A stretch of DNA of 64,000 nt from Porphyridium purpureum (lineage: Eukaryota). Made by a program: the position numbers and the translations under genes. Below are positions 11,593 to 23,617 of the stretch, piece after piece. The notes under the pieces are model-generated. The model saw only the letters and a list, made by a program, of their open reading frames with translations. It ran no database searches and was not told the origin of the DNA. The stretch spans positions 186,001 to 250,000 of the forward strand of contig VRMN01000003.1 of assembly GCA_008690995.1 (NCBI GenBank), given 5' to 3'. The first letter of the stretch is position 1. Each line of letters opens with the position of its first letter.

Positions 11593-12854
11593 GGCATGTG
11601 GGGCCCGCACGAAGCTCTACATCGCACCGCGATGGCCTTGGAGCTTACCTTGCAGCCTCGCCCCGCCCGTGGGACACGCCATCCTTCTTTATTTCCTGCC
11701 CGAGTTGACCCTGGCAGAATTCGGGCATCAGGCTGTGCTATGCCGCGCCCGTCATTTTCGAAGCCGAAACTTTCGAAGGTCCCGCATAGAGTTACATCTC
11801 GGCAGCCAGTCTCATCCAGCGCCGTGGCCAGAATTCGGATGTTTCGCAACATTGACGCAGCTTGCGCACCGCGCCTCTCCCCGATAAACGTTCTGGTCTG
11901 CAGTTGTCCGAGACAGGGCGTGCAAATACCCATGTGCGAGACAACTGCATGGTTTCGAGTTGGCACGGCTGATAATGATTGGGGACGGTTGCGTCATTGC
12001 TCTGTACCAAAGTGTCGAGACCGCCAACGCGGAGGCGCTCGCCAGGCGATGAGTGCCTACTTTGCCGAACGCGCTCAACCGCAAAAATGGACTTGGTGGC
12101 CACTCGCCATACTGTTGCTGCCACCACTTACATAATAATATTAACTTCTAGTGTGCCGTTCTGAGTGTGTCCGCTGCGTCTAGCCCGAGTCTTTTATATT
12201 TCCCTCTAAGCGCAAGATCACTTGCGGTCGATTTCAGCGCCCGCGCGGGTCTCTCATCCAGTAAGCCACACGCGTGAGACCCAATGCGCCGGCGTGATGC
12301 TGATCTTTGCCACGACGCTTGACAGCTCTCACATTGTGCAGCTTCATGGGTGGTTTTCCGAGTATGAATGCGTAGCTGACGTAAATCTGTCTCGTCGGCC
12401 CCGGGACACGTCCATTTGAACACGAAGAAGCGGTTGCTCTCAGTCTGCCGTGAGATAAGTGGGTGTCAAGACGCCATTCCAAGCGCCTTCGCCAGGGCTT
12501 TCGGAGTTTGAATATTATTCACTCCTGTCGCGAAATCCCTACTTTGCTGCCCGGAAAAGCTCCACGGAAAGAAGGAAAGAGAGAAAACGAACAAGGACAC
12601 GGCTTGAACCAGAGCGGATCGGCTAGAGACGATCAACGCGGTGAAGTTGGCTCTCACATTGTATCGCAATTTGGATTGAAAAGTTCGGAATCGCGCTCCA
12701 CACGTATCGCGCGTTGCAGAAACATTTGGAGACGGTCGTCCAGGCCCGCAGCCGACTTCCTCGTCAGCATTCGGACGAGCCTGCGGTCGCGTTTCGTCGA
12801 AAGGGAGACGCGAAAGAGGTTGTCGTACGGCTTTGGAGCGGGCAGCAAGGCACA

Positions 12855-13328
12855 ATGAGTGGCATTGCGCAAACGCGGTTGCTGGAGGAGCGTAAAAATT
12901 GGCGGAAAGACCACCCGGCTGGCTTTTTTGCGCGGCCCAAACTGGACGATGGGAAGCAAAACTTGATGGTGTGGGAGTGCGGCATTCCGGGGAAGAAGGA
13001 GACGCCATGGGAGGGCGGCGTTTACAAGCTCGTGCTCGAGTTTCCAGAGCAATTCCCGAGCCAACCACCCAAGTGCAGATTCATACCGCCATTGTTCCAC
13101 CCCAACGTGTACCCATCCGGCACTGTGTGTCTGAGCATCCTCGATCCGGACAAGAACTGGCGCCCGGCGCTCACGGTCAAACAAGTGCTGCTCGGTATAC
13201 AGGACTTACTCGATAATCCCAATATCGAGGATCCGGCAAACCAGCCTGCGTACGCGCTGTTTCTAAAGGATAAGAAAAAGTACAGAGAAAAGGTGTTGGC
13301 GATCGCTGCTCAGAACCGTCCCGTGTAA
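12855..13328 (+). CDS. UBC9: SUMO-conjugating enzyme E2
   Basis: [24 protein letters not shown]...[16 protein letters not shown]...[18 protein letters not shown]. Confidence 0.96.
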   Translation: MSGIAQTRLLEERKNWRKDHPAGFFARPKLDDGKQNLMVWECGIPGKKETPWEGGVYKLVLEFPEQFPSQPPKCRFIPPLFHPNVYPSGTVCLSILDPDKNWRPALTVKQVLLGIQDLLDNPNIEDPANQPAYALFLKDKKKYREKVLAIAAQNRPV

Positions 13329-13587
13329 CTGCAATGGTAAACCAGAAGCATGAACACGGCTCTTCGTCTCTCTCGCTCTCCACGTTCTCTCAATTATTTT
13401 TGGTTTTTGGTACGAGGCCAAATCGCGCGCAAAGACATGAAACACAGCGCGCAGCTCTCGATCCATCACGGTTGGGGCCCACGCTGCACCGTGTCCTGCT
13501 GGGTGGTTAGTGCCTTTATTTAGAAACTTTAATAAACGAGAACATAGCTCCACAGGAATCTGCGAATCCGCGGCCCAAGGCGAGCGA

Positions 13588-14967
13588 CTAACGCAGGCCG
13601 CCTTCTTTTCGGAGCTCGGCTTCCGACATCGTGGTCGACCGATAACTCGCGGTACTCCGTGAGCTCAGCTCGGTGAGCGCCTCCTTTGGCAGCGTGCGCG
13701 TCGAACGCTTGGTGTCCTTCATTGAGAGCTCGTCGTCCAGCTGGGCGGCCAAGTGCGCAGCGTCGGAAAACGTGTACGCACCCTTCTGCGGGCGGAGAAG
13801 CTCGTGCACCTCCTTTGGATGGTAATGAGCAATCTCCCGCAAAAACTCCAGGCGCATCTCATCGGGTGTCATCTTGTTTGAGTTGACCTTCTGCTCAAAG
13901 TCAAACTCCTCGGGTGGAAACGGAGTTCCAATCGTTCCGAGCCCAAGATGCCGATACTCGTTGAAGTATGGATGCTGAAGGGCGTCGTAGCAGCTTATCC
14001 TCTTTTCTGGGTCAAAAGCAAGAAGTTGTTGAAGCAGATCGAGCGCCAGCGGATCAGCGTCTGGAAAGATTTGGTCCAAAGGTCGTCTCGGTCGCACGGG
14101 TAGCTGAGTGACGTATCGCTTCGCCTCCTCGCTGCGCAGTCTCTCGATCGCCTCCGGCGGCGGGCGACCTGTCACCTCCGTGATGAGCTCAAACTGATGA
14201 TATTGGTTCCTACCTGGAAAAAGCGGCTTGCCTCCACTCAGAACCTCTGCAAATATGCACCCGGCGGACCAAATATCAATGGCCGTAGAGTAGTTTGTGA
14301 AATACGCCATGATCAGCTCTGGCGCTCGGTACCACCGGGTCGCGACATAGTCGGTCCAGTAGACCATTTCGGCTGTGTTCTCGAACATGGCGCGCGCAAG
14401 GCCAAAGTCGCAAATGCGCAAATCGCACTGTTTGTTAATGAGAATATTGTTTGGCTTGAGGTCGCGGTGGAACACCTGGCACGAGTGCATGTAGTGCAAT
14501 CCGCGGAATAACTGGAACATCAGGTACTTGACGTGCTCTCCGGACAGCTTTGTCTTCATGTTCAACAGACGATGCAAGTCGGTCGGCATAATCTCGAGCA
14601 CCATGAAAGCATCATTAAACTTTTCGCCGTCGCCCGGCACGAGGACGTCCTTGATCTTAATAATATTCTCATGCGGCATCAGCAGCCGCAAAAACTTGAG
14701 CTCGCGGAGAATCCTGGTGGCCATGGACGGCGAGTTGAGGATCTTTGTCACGCGCTTCACCGCCACCTCCTCGCCAGTGACAGTATTCATCGCGGAGCAC
14801 ACGATCCCGTATGCGCCGCGCCCAATCACCCGCTTGAGCGTGAAGTACTGCTGTCCGTGCGCGCCCGAGCTGAAGAAGAGCTCCTTATCCTTTTTGTTCA
14901 GCTCTTCCTTCTGCTTGCGTCTTTCCTCTGCCGCTTGAGCGCGGGCCGCCTCTGCCTCTGTCTCCAT
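13588..14967 (-). CDS. MAP kinase, TDY type (plant group D-like)
   Basis: IGRGAYGIV, HRDLKPNN, DFGLAR, YWTDYVATRWYRAPEL. Confidence 0.93.
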   Translation of the reverse strand: METEAEAARAQAAEERRKQKEELNKKDKELFFSSGAHGQQYFTLKRVIGRGAYGIVCSAMNTVTGEEVAVKRVTKILNSPSMATRILRELKFLRLLMPHENIIKIKDVLVPGDGEKFNDAFMVLEIMPTDLHRLLNMKTKLSGEHVKYLMFQLFRGLHYMHSCQVFHRDLKPNNILINKQCDLRICDFGLARAMFENTAEMVYWTDYVATRWYRAPELIMAYFTNYSTAIDIWSAGCIFAEVLSGGKPLFPGRNQYHQFELITEVTGRPPPEAIERLRSEEAKRYVTQLPVRPRRPLDQIFPDADPLALDLLQQLLAFDPEKRISCYDALQHPYFNEYRHLGLGTIGTPFPPEEFDFEQKVNSNKMTPDEMRLEFLREIAHYHPKEVHELLRPQKGAYTFSDAAHLAAQLDDELSMKDTKRSTRTLPKEALTELSSRSTASYRSTTMSEAELRKEGGLR

Positions 14968-15517
14968 TTCTTTCCGTCTCCCGCGCAAGCGTCCCTGCCC
15001 ACCCCAGGAAACACCCACGATGCCCCCTTTCCCCCTACCAACCCCACGCTCTCCACCACTCCTCTTCTCCAATCCCCTTCTCCCTGTCGCACTCGCACTG
15101 TCTCAACGTCAAACGCATCCTCAAAACCTTTCCTCTCGACAAGCTCGTTCATAAGCCACGCACACGCACTGAACTTGCGCGCGTTCGTTTGCTACTCGTT
15201 TTCTTCTCGCTTTTTTCCTTTCGGTTTTTGGGACGTTTCCACACTTTTCAACGTGATCATCCCCACTTTTCGCATTTTCGCACCATTTCCTGCGCAACAA
15301 ATCCTGCACGAAACCTTGGGTTCGGAAATGTACGGTTCCTCATCTGGCGCCGCGTGGCACAGAACCTGCACTGTACTTTCATGGTCTGCGGTACAGTATG
15401 AATGTACAGCTGCGCCTGCACGGATTTTCGCGCGCTCGTGGGAACATGTCACGTGCTGCGCGGGCTGATGCCCGTGGTGGTCAGAGGAGACGAGACGAGC
15501 GGAAAGCACGCCGCAGA

Positions 15518-16747
15518 ATGGGTCCGAGGAAGGCTGGAGGAGGGAGGGCCGACGAGCGCGCAGAGCGAGAGGTAGACCTGTCGGCTGTGCGCGATCTGAG
15601 AAAGCTGCAGGCGGTCAGGCAGCGCAGCGCGCTGTCAAGTGTCGCGCAGCTCGTGTCGTTCCAGCATGTGGTCAAGGAGGTGCAGGAAATGGGCGCGACA
15701 GGCGTCATGCAAGGCGTCCTTTCGCTGTGTGCGCACGCTACAGACTCAATCATGAAGGGCGAAGGATTCTCACTCTTGGTGCCGTCGCGCAGCGCGTCCA
15801 ATCAGATGTACATTGCCGAGCTCGACCGCATTGTGCTCAAGGACAAGGCCACGGCGCGGAACTTTGCCAGCCAGGCCACTGTGCGCAAGGCGGCTATTAC
15901 GGTGCGAATTTTACAACTTGTTCACGAGCTGTGTAAAAAGGGCATCCATGTCACGAAGAGGGATTTGTTCTACACAGACGTCAAGCTGTTCAAGTCACAA
16001 ACAGAGAGCGACGACGTGCTCAATGACATTGCCTGTATGGTGGGATGCACTCGCACAAGCCTCTCGGTCGTCGCGTCGGAGAAAGGTATTGTCATCGGCC
16101 GCGTTCAGTTCCGCGAGGCCGGCGACGAGATCGATTGCACGCGAATGGGAGTGGGTGGCAAGGCTATCCCACCTTTCACGGATAAGATCACCGAAATTCG
16201 ATCCGACGCCGAGTTCATCTTACTTGTGGAAAAGGACGCCGCATTCATGAGACTGGCTGAAGATCGGTTCTACAATCGCTGCCCTTGCATCATCATCACC
16301 GCCAAGGGGCAGCCAGATGTTGCGACGCGTCTATTCCTCAAGCGGTTGAAAAACACGCTCAACATTCCCATACTCGGACTGGTCGACAGCGACCCATACG
16401 GCCTGAAAATTCTGTCCGTATACATGTCTGGCTCGAAGAACATGAGCTACGACAGCGCCAACTTAACCACTCCGGACATCAAGTGGCTCGGTGTGCGTCC
16501 TTCGGACCTCGATCGATACAACATTCCCGAGCAGTGCCGGCTTCCCATGTCGGAACATGACATCAGGACTGGCAAGGAAATGCTTCAGGAGGAGTTCATT
16601 TCTAGCAACGAGGCATGGGCACGCGAACTGGAAATGATGGTGAAGCGCAAGGAAAAAGCCGAAATCCAAGCGTTGTCGAACTTTGGCTTTCAATTCTTGA
16701 CGCAAGAATTTCTTCCGCGCAAGATTGCCGCCGGTGATTGGATTTAG
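15518..16747 (+). CDS. TOP6A: DNA topoisomerase VI subunit A (SPO11-3/RHL2 type)
   Basis: [11 protein letters not shown] (catalytic Tyr), Toprim [10 protein letters not shown] and DSDPYG, KAEIQAL. Alternative upstream ATGs at 15398 and 15446. Confidence 0.93.
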   Translation: MGPRKAGGGRADERAEREVDLSAVRDLRKLQAVRQRSALSSVAQLVSFQHVVKEVQEMGATGVMQGVLSLCAHATDSIMKGEGFSLLVPSRSASNQMYIAELDRIVLKDKATARNFASQATVRKAAITVRILQLVHELCKKGIHVTKRDLFYTDVKLFKSQTESDDVLNDIACMVGCTRTSLSVVASEKGIVIGRVQFREAGDEIDCTRMGVGGKAIPPFTDKITEIRSDAEFILLVEKDAAFMRLAEDRFYNRCPCIIITAKGQPDVATRLFLKRLKNTLNIPILGLVDSDPYGLKILSVYMSGSKNMSYDSANLTTPDIKWLGVRPSDLDRYNIPEQCRLPMSEHDIRTGKEMLQEEFISSNEAWARELEMMVKRKEKAEIQALSNFGFQFLTQEFLPRKIAAGDWI

Positions 16748-17107
16748 CAGTAATCTGCAGAGGATCACAAAGATGCACGTCTGTGTCTCCACAGAAAACA
16801 CAGAGGAACTCGACAAGAGAAGGCCCGCATCCCTCAACTCCAGCAAGGCTTTCAGAGCTTTTTCCCAGGTCTGATTTCGCACGTAATCCTACATTTTTGG
16901 CGAACGCCGAACGGGGTGCGAACCGGTGCACGTGAACTTCGCGTCACTGTTTGCGATCCGGAAGTGGGAATGCGAAAAGGTAAGGAGCACGTGTCCCCAT
17001 GAAGACGCGCGACACACACGCCAACAAATGCTGTTTTAGTGCTACATTATCTTGGCCTTACCACTTTCTGAGCTGACGAAGTACGCTGCGCGAGCGTCCA
17101 CAGTGAT

Positions 17108-18742
17108 TTATCGGCAGAGTACAACGTCGTCAATGCGAAGAAGGAGCCGCACGCATTCTGTTGCAAGGCGCATTGCGGACTCAATGACCAGCAACGGCAT
17201 CTTGACATTCTCCTCCAAAATATCCGTGACCCTTCCCTTCTTGACGTTGATGCCAGTGTTGTACTCACCCAGCGCGTGTCTCCTGCGGAGCTCTGTGACA
17301 ATTTCTACGGGCGATAGACCTGCGTTTTCTGCCAGTGTGTACGGCACGACCTCTAAAGCGTCTGCATACGCGCGCACGCAGTGCGACTCCATACCGCTGA
17401 GCTCTTTTGAGTACTGCGCCAGCTTGATCGCCATTTCGACCTCGGGCGCCGAACCCCCAGCAATCATGAACTGCTTGCGTACCAGCGAGCGGATGACGCA
17501 TAACGCGTCGTGCAAGGAGCGCTCAGCTTCATCCAGAACCAAATTGTTCGATCCACGGACCAAAATGGATGAGGTGGGCGTGATTGCGTTCTGGATTCCA
17601 GTCAAGCGCACCACCTTCTCCTCACCAGAAAGGGTCACTTCCTCGACCAAGTCCACTTTTGCCAGCTTGTCGGCAGTGAGAGCGTCCACAGACGCCACGG
17701 GTGTACATCCCAGCGACTTGGAGATAAATTCAATCTCGCTACGCTCAACATCGGTGATCACCATGATCTTGACCTTGGCCAAAAAGTGCAGGCTCAAGTC
17801 GGTGACGGCGTCACGCAAAATACTCTTCTGGATCAGAAGCACGTTTGCACCGCTGGCCTTGATTTTCTTCACCATTTGCAACAAGTGCTGGCGCTCTTCT
17901 TTGAGAATGCGATCCATCGAGTTGTAGTCCTGTACGACCACACTGTTTTCGACATCTGTTTTTGGGGGGCTGATCTGGAACTGACACAGAGCCACCTTGG
18001 CACCAGAGATTCGCGTTGGCCCGCCCGCACTGCGAGCGCACTCCTGCGTAAGTACAAGGCCATCCACCAGCTCGCAATCGTCAATGGTTCCGCCCACTTT
18101 CTTGACGGTGCGCACGTCGTTCAGATCGACCGAGAAGCCGCCACTGTTCGCGTCCGCACGCTTCACCCGCAGCACCGAGTCGACTGCGATGGGCGCGAGC
18201 AGCGACGAGTACTGCGACACGACCTTGGAATTCAAACTCGTGGACGCCGCCTGCAGCAGCGTCTCGCGATCATTGAGATCCACCGGCACGGCCATACCGC
18301 TCAGGACCGTGACGGCCTTGTCCAGGGCCGTCTGGAAGCCCTGCGAAATGATAGTCGGATGGATGCCCATGTCCAGCAAGCTCAAGCTCGCGCTCAGGAG
18401 CGCGCCCGCAATCACCACCACGGACGTGGTGCCGTCGCCGGCCTCAATATCCTGAGACTTGGACAGATCCACGAGCATCTTTGCGGCCGGGTGCTGGACG
18501 TTCATGCGCTGCAGAATGGTCGCTCCGTCGTTCGTGATCAGCACCTCGCCGTTCTTCACCTCGATCATCTTGTCCATGCCTCGCGGGCCCAGCGACGTGC
18601 GCACGGCGTCCGCCACGCCCTTGGCCGCCGTGATATTGCTCAGCCGCACATCCTTGCTCTTCTGCGTCGTCCTGACGCCCGATCCATCCCGCCGCTTCAA
18701 CGCGCCCGCCCCGCTGCCCGCGCCCACCCCTCCTTTCGCCAT
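17108..18742 (-). CDS. CCT4: T-complex protein 1 subunit delta
   Basis: [56 protein letters not shown]. Confidence 0.95.
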   Translation of the reverse strand: MAKGGVGAGSGAGALKRRDGSGVRTTQKSKDVRLSNITAAKGVADAVRTSLGPRGMDKMIEVKNGEVLITNDGATILQRMNVQHPAAKMLVDLSKSQDIEAGDGTTSVVVIAGALLSASLSLLDMGIHPTIISQGFQTALDKAVTVLSGMAVPVDLNDRETLLQAASTSLNSKVVSQYSSLLAPIAVDSVLRVKRADANSGGFSVDLNDVRTVKKVGGTIDDCELVDGLVLTQECARSAGGPTRISGAKVALCQFQISPPKTDVENSVVVQDYNSMDRILKEERQHLLQMVKKIKASGANVLLIQKSILRDAVTDLSLHFLAKVKIMVITDVERSEIEFISKSLGCTPVASVDALTADKLAKVDLVEEVTLSGEEKVVRLTGIQNAITPTSSILVRGSNNLVLDEAERSLHDALCVIRSLVRKQFMIAGGSAPEVEMAIKLAQYSKELSGMESHCVRAYADALEVVPYTLAENAGLSPVEIVTELRRRHALGEYNTGINVKKGRVTDILEENVKMPLLVIESAMRLATECVRLLLRIDDVVLCR

Positions 18743-19115
18743 GCTTCCTTTCCCCTCACCGCGCCGTCTCCGCTCTGATATCGCGCAAACCGCACTCGAC
18801 CATTCGCTCCTCCCTTTCTCCTTCTCGCAAATCCCTCGCTTCACACAACTTGCCACTAAAACAGAGGAAACCAAAGCAAAACCGCGTGTTCCGCACGACG
18901 GTCCACAGTACACTACTCAATCGCAAGTGTACCGCGTCATCGAACGCCACGACATTGAAACCCCTGGCACACACGCGGTTGAGCGGGCGAACCGGGGCGA
19001 GGCGGACCGATTAACCGTTTGTCGTGAGGCATTCGATAACCGACGAGTCCGTACAAAAGTGGCGCGAAGGCGCTAGGGTTTTGGTCGCGCCGAGAACCAC
19101 CAGCTGCGTGTACTT

Positions 19116-19135
19116 GCGCGCGCGCGCGCGCGCGC
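19116..19135. repeat. (GC)10 alternating tract
   Basis: Read directly; lies in the divergent intergenic region. Confidence 0.9.
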
Positions 19136-19446
19136 AGTTGTGGCGTTTGGCGCGGACGCGACTTGGGTTTTTGAGGGGGACAGGCCTGGTGTCATCCTTG
19201 GATGAGATTTCCTGCGCGCGCGCCTACTTTCCCATGGGGTGTGTAGGTGTGGCATGGGTATATAAAGGTGGCAGGTAAGGAGGTTGATACTCAACACATC
19301 GTCGTACATATATGCTTGCCTGCCTGCTTGCCTGCTAGCCTGCACATACGATAGGTAGGTCTGGTGTCGTGTTGTTCGGATAAGCAGGTCGCGGAGACCG
19401 CGAGGTGAGGTCTCTGAGAAGGACGGGTCTGGACGCGGAGCGCGCC

Positions 19447-20928
19447 ATGGATCGTTTCGAAGAAGAGCAGGATCAGCAAGCCGGCCTGATCGTGGCCGGC
19501 ATGGACACGCCGCCCCGGCTATCTCCGTTGGTCTGCTCGGCACAGGCGCAGGAATGGAGTGAGCCTGAGTATGGGTCGAGAGCTGCGCGAGCTGCGGCTG
19601 GCTTGGGTCTGCTGATGTCGCCGACACCATTGACCAGTCTGGGGTGGATGTCGCCTCACTATGAGACAGACGGCAAGCTGCTAGGCGACTTGGCCGACTC
19701 GTTGGATGACGCCAACAAGTGGGCACCGGTTTACGGATCGGAGGACGCAGGCGACCCAGATGGAGGACGCGCCAATGCGGAAGAGGCTTACCAAGGTGAA
19801 GGCCTGGTAGATATGTCATTTCTAGACGACGTACAATGCACCGCACCTTCCGCAGCGGTCGAGCACAAACGCGAACCGATGCCATGGAGCACCAGGGCCG
19901 AAAACGCCATGTCCCCTCCTGTACAGTCGCCGCGATTTTTGAGAGTTCCTTGCCTCGGCGTGCCGTCTCCTGAAGAGACCAACCAGTTCTTCCGGCCCAT
20001 TGATCGGCACGCCGGCTTTGGCAAGGTGAAGGGATATTCTTCCCGCCGAGCTTCGCCAGCTCTGGCGCTCAAGCAAAAAGGCCGCAGTTTGTCGGAAAAG
20101 CGAGCAGCGGCTGCCGTAGCAAAGACCCCGAACGGATGCATTGCCAAGGCAGCGATCATGAAACGGAAATGCGCCCGGCGCAGTGATCAAGCGGACGGCA
20201 GAGGCACAGATATGTCCCGGTCAACCGCACCAGTACTCGGTAGAGATCTACTCCGGCGTCTCGACAGAGTCACCAATCCAGCAACGGCTGTCGGCGATAG
20301 GAAAAATGAAGGGAAAACCAAGTCCGGCACTTCTGTGCTCAGTCTGAGTGCAGCACTGCAAGCAATTCGAACCGCATCCAGCCGCAGAACGGGAAAGGCC
20401 ACGAGAGAGGCGACAGTGCGGGAAGTGGACGGCGGCATGGGTAAGCATCTCACGTGCCCGTTCAAAAGCTTTCCGCCATCTCAAACCACAGTGGATCAGT
20501 TCCAGTATACCTCGTTCAAGGCCGAGCTCGGAGAGGGCTGCGAACAGGACACTGAAGACGACGCGCTGGAAGCTTTGGATGAAAGCTTGAATGTGAGGAC
20601 AGGAATGTTCTACAATCATGCGCAACATGCACATTGGAGTTCCTCCGTGGATGCAGCTCTTGCTGAGCCCGCAGACGCCTTTCTTTCGAGGGTATCACAA
20701 GCCCGTGATGCCACAGTGAAGAGGACCCGTATGCAAAGGACCGAGATTCAGGGCAGACAGGTTTGCCATGACACCTACGCTGGCCACGATGTCGAGACCG
20801 ACCTTTCGACACCCCCATCTCTGTGCATGCGCAAACGTGTTGGCGCCCCGAGTCCAGACGATTCCGAAGACTTTCTTGCTATGATGCAGTCAGCCGCGGG
20901 TCCGAGTGCAAAACGGATGCTTTTGTAA
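19447..20928 (+). CDS. Hypothetical disordered protein rich in SP/TP sites
   Basis: Long ORF with ATG in a GCC-ATG-G context; upstream TATATAAA near 19259; no domain recognised. Confidence 0.7.
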   Translation: MDRFEEEQDQQAGLIVAGMDTPPRLSPLVCSAQAQEWSEPEYGSRAARAAAGLGLLMSPTPLTSLGWMSPHYETDGKLLGDLADSLDDANKWAPVYGSEDAGDPDGGRANAEEAYQGEGLVDMSFLDDVQCTAPSAAVEHKREPMPWSTRAENAMSPPVQSPRFLRVPCLGVPSPEETNQFFRPIDRHAGFGKVKGYSSRRASPALALKQKGRSLSEKRAAAAVAKTPNGCIAKAAIMKRKCARRSDQADGRGTDMSRSTAPVLGRDLLRRLDRVTNPATAVGDRKNEGKTKSGTSVLSLSAALQAIRTASSRRTGKATREATVREVDGGMGKHLTCPFKSFPPSQTTVDQFQYTSFKAELGEGCEQDTEDDALEALDESLNVRTGMFYNHAQHAHWSSSVDAALAEPADAFLSRVSQARDATVKRTRMQRTEIQGRQVCHDTYAGHDVETDLSTPPSLCMRKRVGAPSPDDSEDFLAMMQSAAGPSAKRMLL

Positions 20929-21067
20929 GCAGGATTTGCTTTAAAGCTTCACCATTTTGCATCTAGAAGATCTGATGTTTGCTTCTTCTTTCCGTGCACG
21001 AACATGCACTTGCCACTGAAAAGCACACGCAAACGCAAATCTAAATTAGATGATCCTCGATCTACGT

Positions 21068-22804
21068 TTACTGGTTTGCAAACAACAAAATGGAGTCGTT
21101 GAGCCGAAGTATTGACCAAGTCAGGTCTGCAATGCGACTCCTCAGAATATTATCTTCGTGGTCCCATTCGGACAGATTCTCCGGTGTCTGAACAGCCTTT
21201 CCGTTTGAATCGCTCGCAGCCGCCGCAGTGTGCCTGGAACGTGAGTCAAGGCGCCGAATCATTCTTTCCACCTCTCCTTCTCGTACGTAAATGAGATTGA
21301 AGAGCGCCTTCATCGAGAGATTCCAAGCGGCTCGATAGCTTTGCTTGAGGTCAACCCTCCACAGAAAGTAGTTGCGGTTCCCCTTCATATCTGCTGACGT
21401 TGGGACCTCGTTCACAACCAAAAAGCCGCGCTCAAACATGCGATAGAGTAGCTCGTTGCTCTGCTTGAGTGGCAACATGCACATTTCGCTAAGATACTTT
21501 TGTTCCACCGCTTTCTTCTCCAGGATGGCCTCAAACAAGCGCCGCGCGTTCATTCTGCCACTGTAGCCTGGGAATTTGTTGAACACGATCTCTTTCAGCG
21601 CTCGAAGCTGAAAAGACGCCACCAATTCTGGCACGTGCACGTGCACGCCGTGCCTTGATCTCGTCACATGACCCACATACTGCTCACAAAGAGCGGAAAC
21701 CGCTTTCTGTGTCTCAACAGCCGATAAGGCATGACCTGCAAATAACCCATCTTCTAGAACATCATTTTCAAGGAATGCACCCTGCATGTTCTTGTCCCCG
21801 AAGAAATCAGCATGGAAGATTTCGAACGGATGCGCCTCCTGCTGCAAGCAGACTCGGTGCTGACAAATATTATCAAGAGAGAATGGCAGCATGAGTTCTC
21901 TCAGCACAAGTGCAGCTTCCCTCGAGCAATCTCGCTCGGTGCAGTCCTCCACAAAGTCTAGTGTACATAGTGCATCCAGGACGGGAATATTCGGCCGCCA
22001 CACTGTGGTCGTGTCCCTCGTACCCAGCCGATTGTCTTTCTTTTCATGAACACTGAGCCGACGCTTCTTGGTTCCCCAAGCCTGGGTAGAGTCCTCGACG
22101 TGACGTGCGCTGCGCTTTCTGGAACCAGAAGCTAGAAGAGATGCCGAATCCAACTGGTCCATGTCGAACACGCCGTCGCCATCGCGCTCGTCGACCAGTT
22201 TTTGAGAACCCAGGTCGGAGTCTGCCACCATGTACACGAATCCTGAATCATACCACTCTTCGCACAGCTGCAAAATCGACTCTTCGTGGGCAGTTGCGTC
22301 GGTGCTCAAGCTGCAGCACAGATCGTTCGCAGAGGCCATGCCCAACTTGAGCAACTCCAAAAATGCACGCTTTGCGTCTGCGCCCATCCTTCTTTCCACG
22401 ACGCGAGCATACATAGGGTATCGAAGGAGTGCCAGCACGCGCTGGGCGTCCGCTCGATACTGGCCTTTCCTGAGCTGCCGCGGTTTCGCCATGTCCGGGC
22501 GGCGCGCGTCGGCCTTCGAACGCGCTGCCAAAGCCCGAAACTGCACGAGTCCATGCCGCACGAGAGTCTTGATCTGCTCAGCGACACGCGCCCTGGTCAA
22601 GCGGTGCTCGAGCGGCGGCGCCGGGATGGCTGCCCGCGTGCTTGCGAGGCGCGCGTACTGCAGCTGCAGCTTGTAGCACACCTGGACGAGCTGCCTGACG
22701 GTGAGCTCGTCGTTCACCAAGAGCGCGTGCACGACGTGCGACGCATCCAGTCCATGCCAAATCCGCACGATCGCCACCGCGAGCTCAATGCCAATCACCA
22801 CCAT
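21068..22804 (-). CDS. RPC3: RNA polymerase III subunit RPC3/C82
   Basis: N-terminal winged helix (ELAVAIVRIWHG...VVHALL), LLRYPMY, C-terminal VEQKYLSEMCML...LLYRMFERGFL..NEVP...YFLWRVD. Confidence 0.85.
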   Translation of the reverse strand: MVVIGIELAVAIVRIWHGLDASHVVHALLVNDELTVRQLVQVCYKLQLQYARLASTRAAIPAPPLEHRLTRARVAEQIKTLVRHGLVQFRALAARSKADARRPDMAKPRQLRKGQYRADAQRVLALLRYPMYARVVERRMGADAKRAFLELLKLGMASANDLCCSLSTDATAHEESILQLCEEWYDSGFVYMVADSDLGSQKLVDERDGDGVFDMDQLDSASLLASGSRKRSARHVEDSTQAWGTKKRRLSVHEKKDNRLGTRDTTTVWRPNIPVLDALCTLDFVEDCTERDCSREAALVLRELMLPFSLDNICQHRVCLQQEAHPFEIFHADFFGDKNMQGAFLENDVLEDGLFAGHALSAVETQKAVSALCEQYVGHVTRSRHGVHVHVPELVASFQLRALKEIVFNKFPGYSGRMNARRLFEAILEKKAVEQKYLSEMCMLPLKQSNELLYRMFERGFLVVNEVPTSADMKGNRNYFLWRVDLKQSYRAAWNLSMKALFNLIYVREGEVERMIRRLDSRSRHTAAAASDSNGKAVQTPENLSEWDHEDNILRSRIADLTWSILRLNDSILLFANQ

Positions 22805-23617
22805 CTCCTCTGCTTCGTGCCATCCCACCCCCGTGCCCCGACACACGCCCACGCCCACCCCCCTCCTCACCAACGCCAAACAGTACCCAACGTCCAGCAA
22901 ATGCACACCCACTGTACCCCTCAAGGATGGCAAAGCAATGCTGCCAAAAATACGCGGCGGCGTTTCGCGCTCGGCGCGCGCCACACACGAAACGGCAGCC
23001 TGTTCTAGTAAAAAACGCCGCGCGCGGTTTGTCTTTCGTGTACACACCAAACAAAAGAACGGTCGCGCGCGGTGTGTTACTTTGATTGACGCCGCAAATC
23101 TCTCTCTCGTTGTTCTCCTTTACCCGGCGATGAAACGGGTTGTTTGTTTGGCACGAGAATAGGAAACAGGCGCTGTGTTTTTGTGTCTTCAGACGTGGCG
23201 TGGCGTGGTCTTATATGTTTGCTTTTGTGCGTGGAAATGGAAGGGGGTTGTAGCCATAGTGGTTGGTTGGTTCAATCACAATCTCGATTGTTCGTGACCA
23301 GGAAAGAAGAATAAGAACAACACGGAGTAACAAGAGATGAGAGATGGAGGGGTATTTTTACTAAGCGCGGGATGTCGTTTTGATAGGGGGCAACGCTATA
23401 CAGCATCGCGTTGCGTGGTACGGAGAAAGAGAGAGAGGGAGAGAAGAAGAAGGGGAAGAAGGGGAAGAGAAACGGGCGCGCGGTGAAGAGGAGGAGACGT
23501 GAGAAGAGCGGGTGGCGTGGGAGTAGGTTGGAAGGGAGGCGGTGGTGGCAGGAGCGGGCGCGGTGTTTCGGGGCTTGACGGAGTAAGGAGGGGGCGTGGG
23601 GTCGAGGAAGAGCGGAC

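Noticed and set aside
11566..12220. ORFs of 100-190 aa and a minus-strand TATA near 12193
   Set aside because: No protein-like motifs or consistent splice model; left unannotated.
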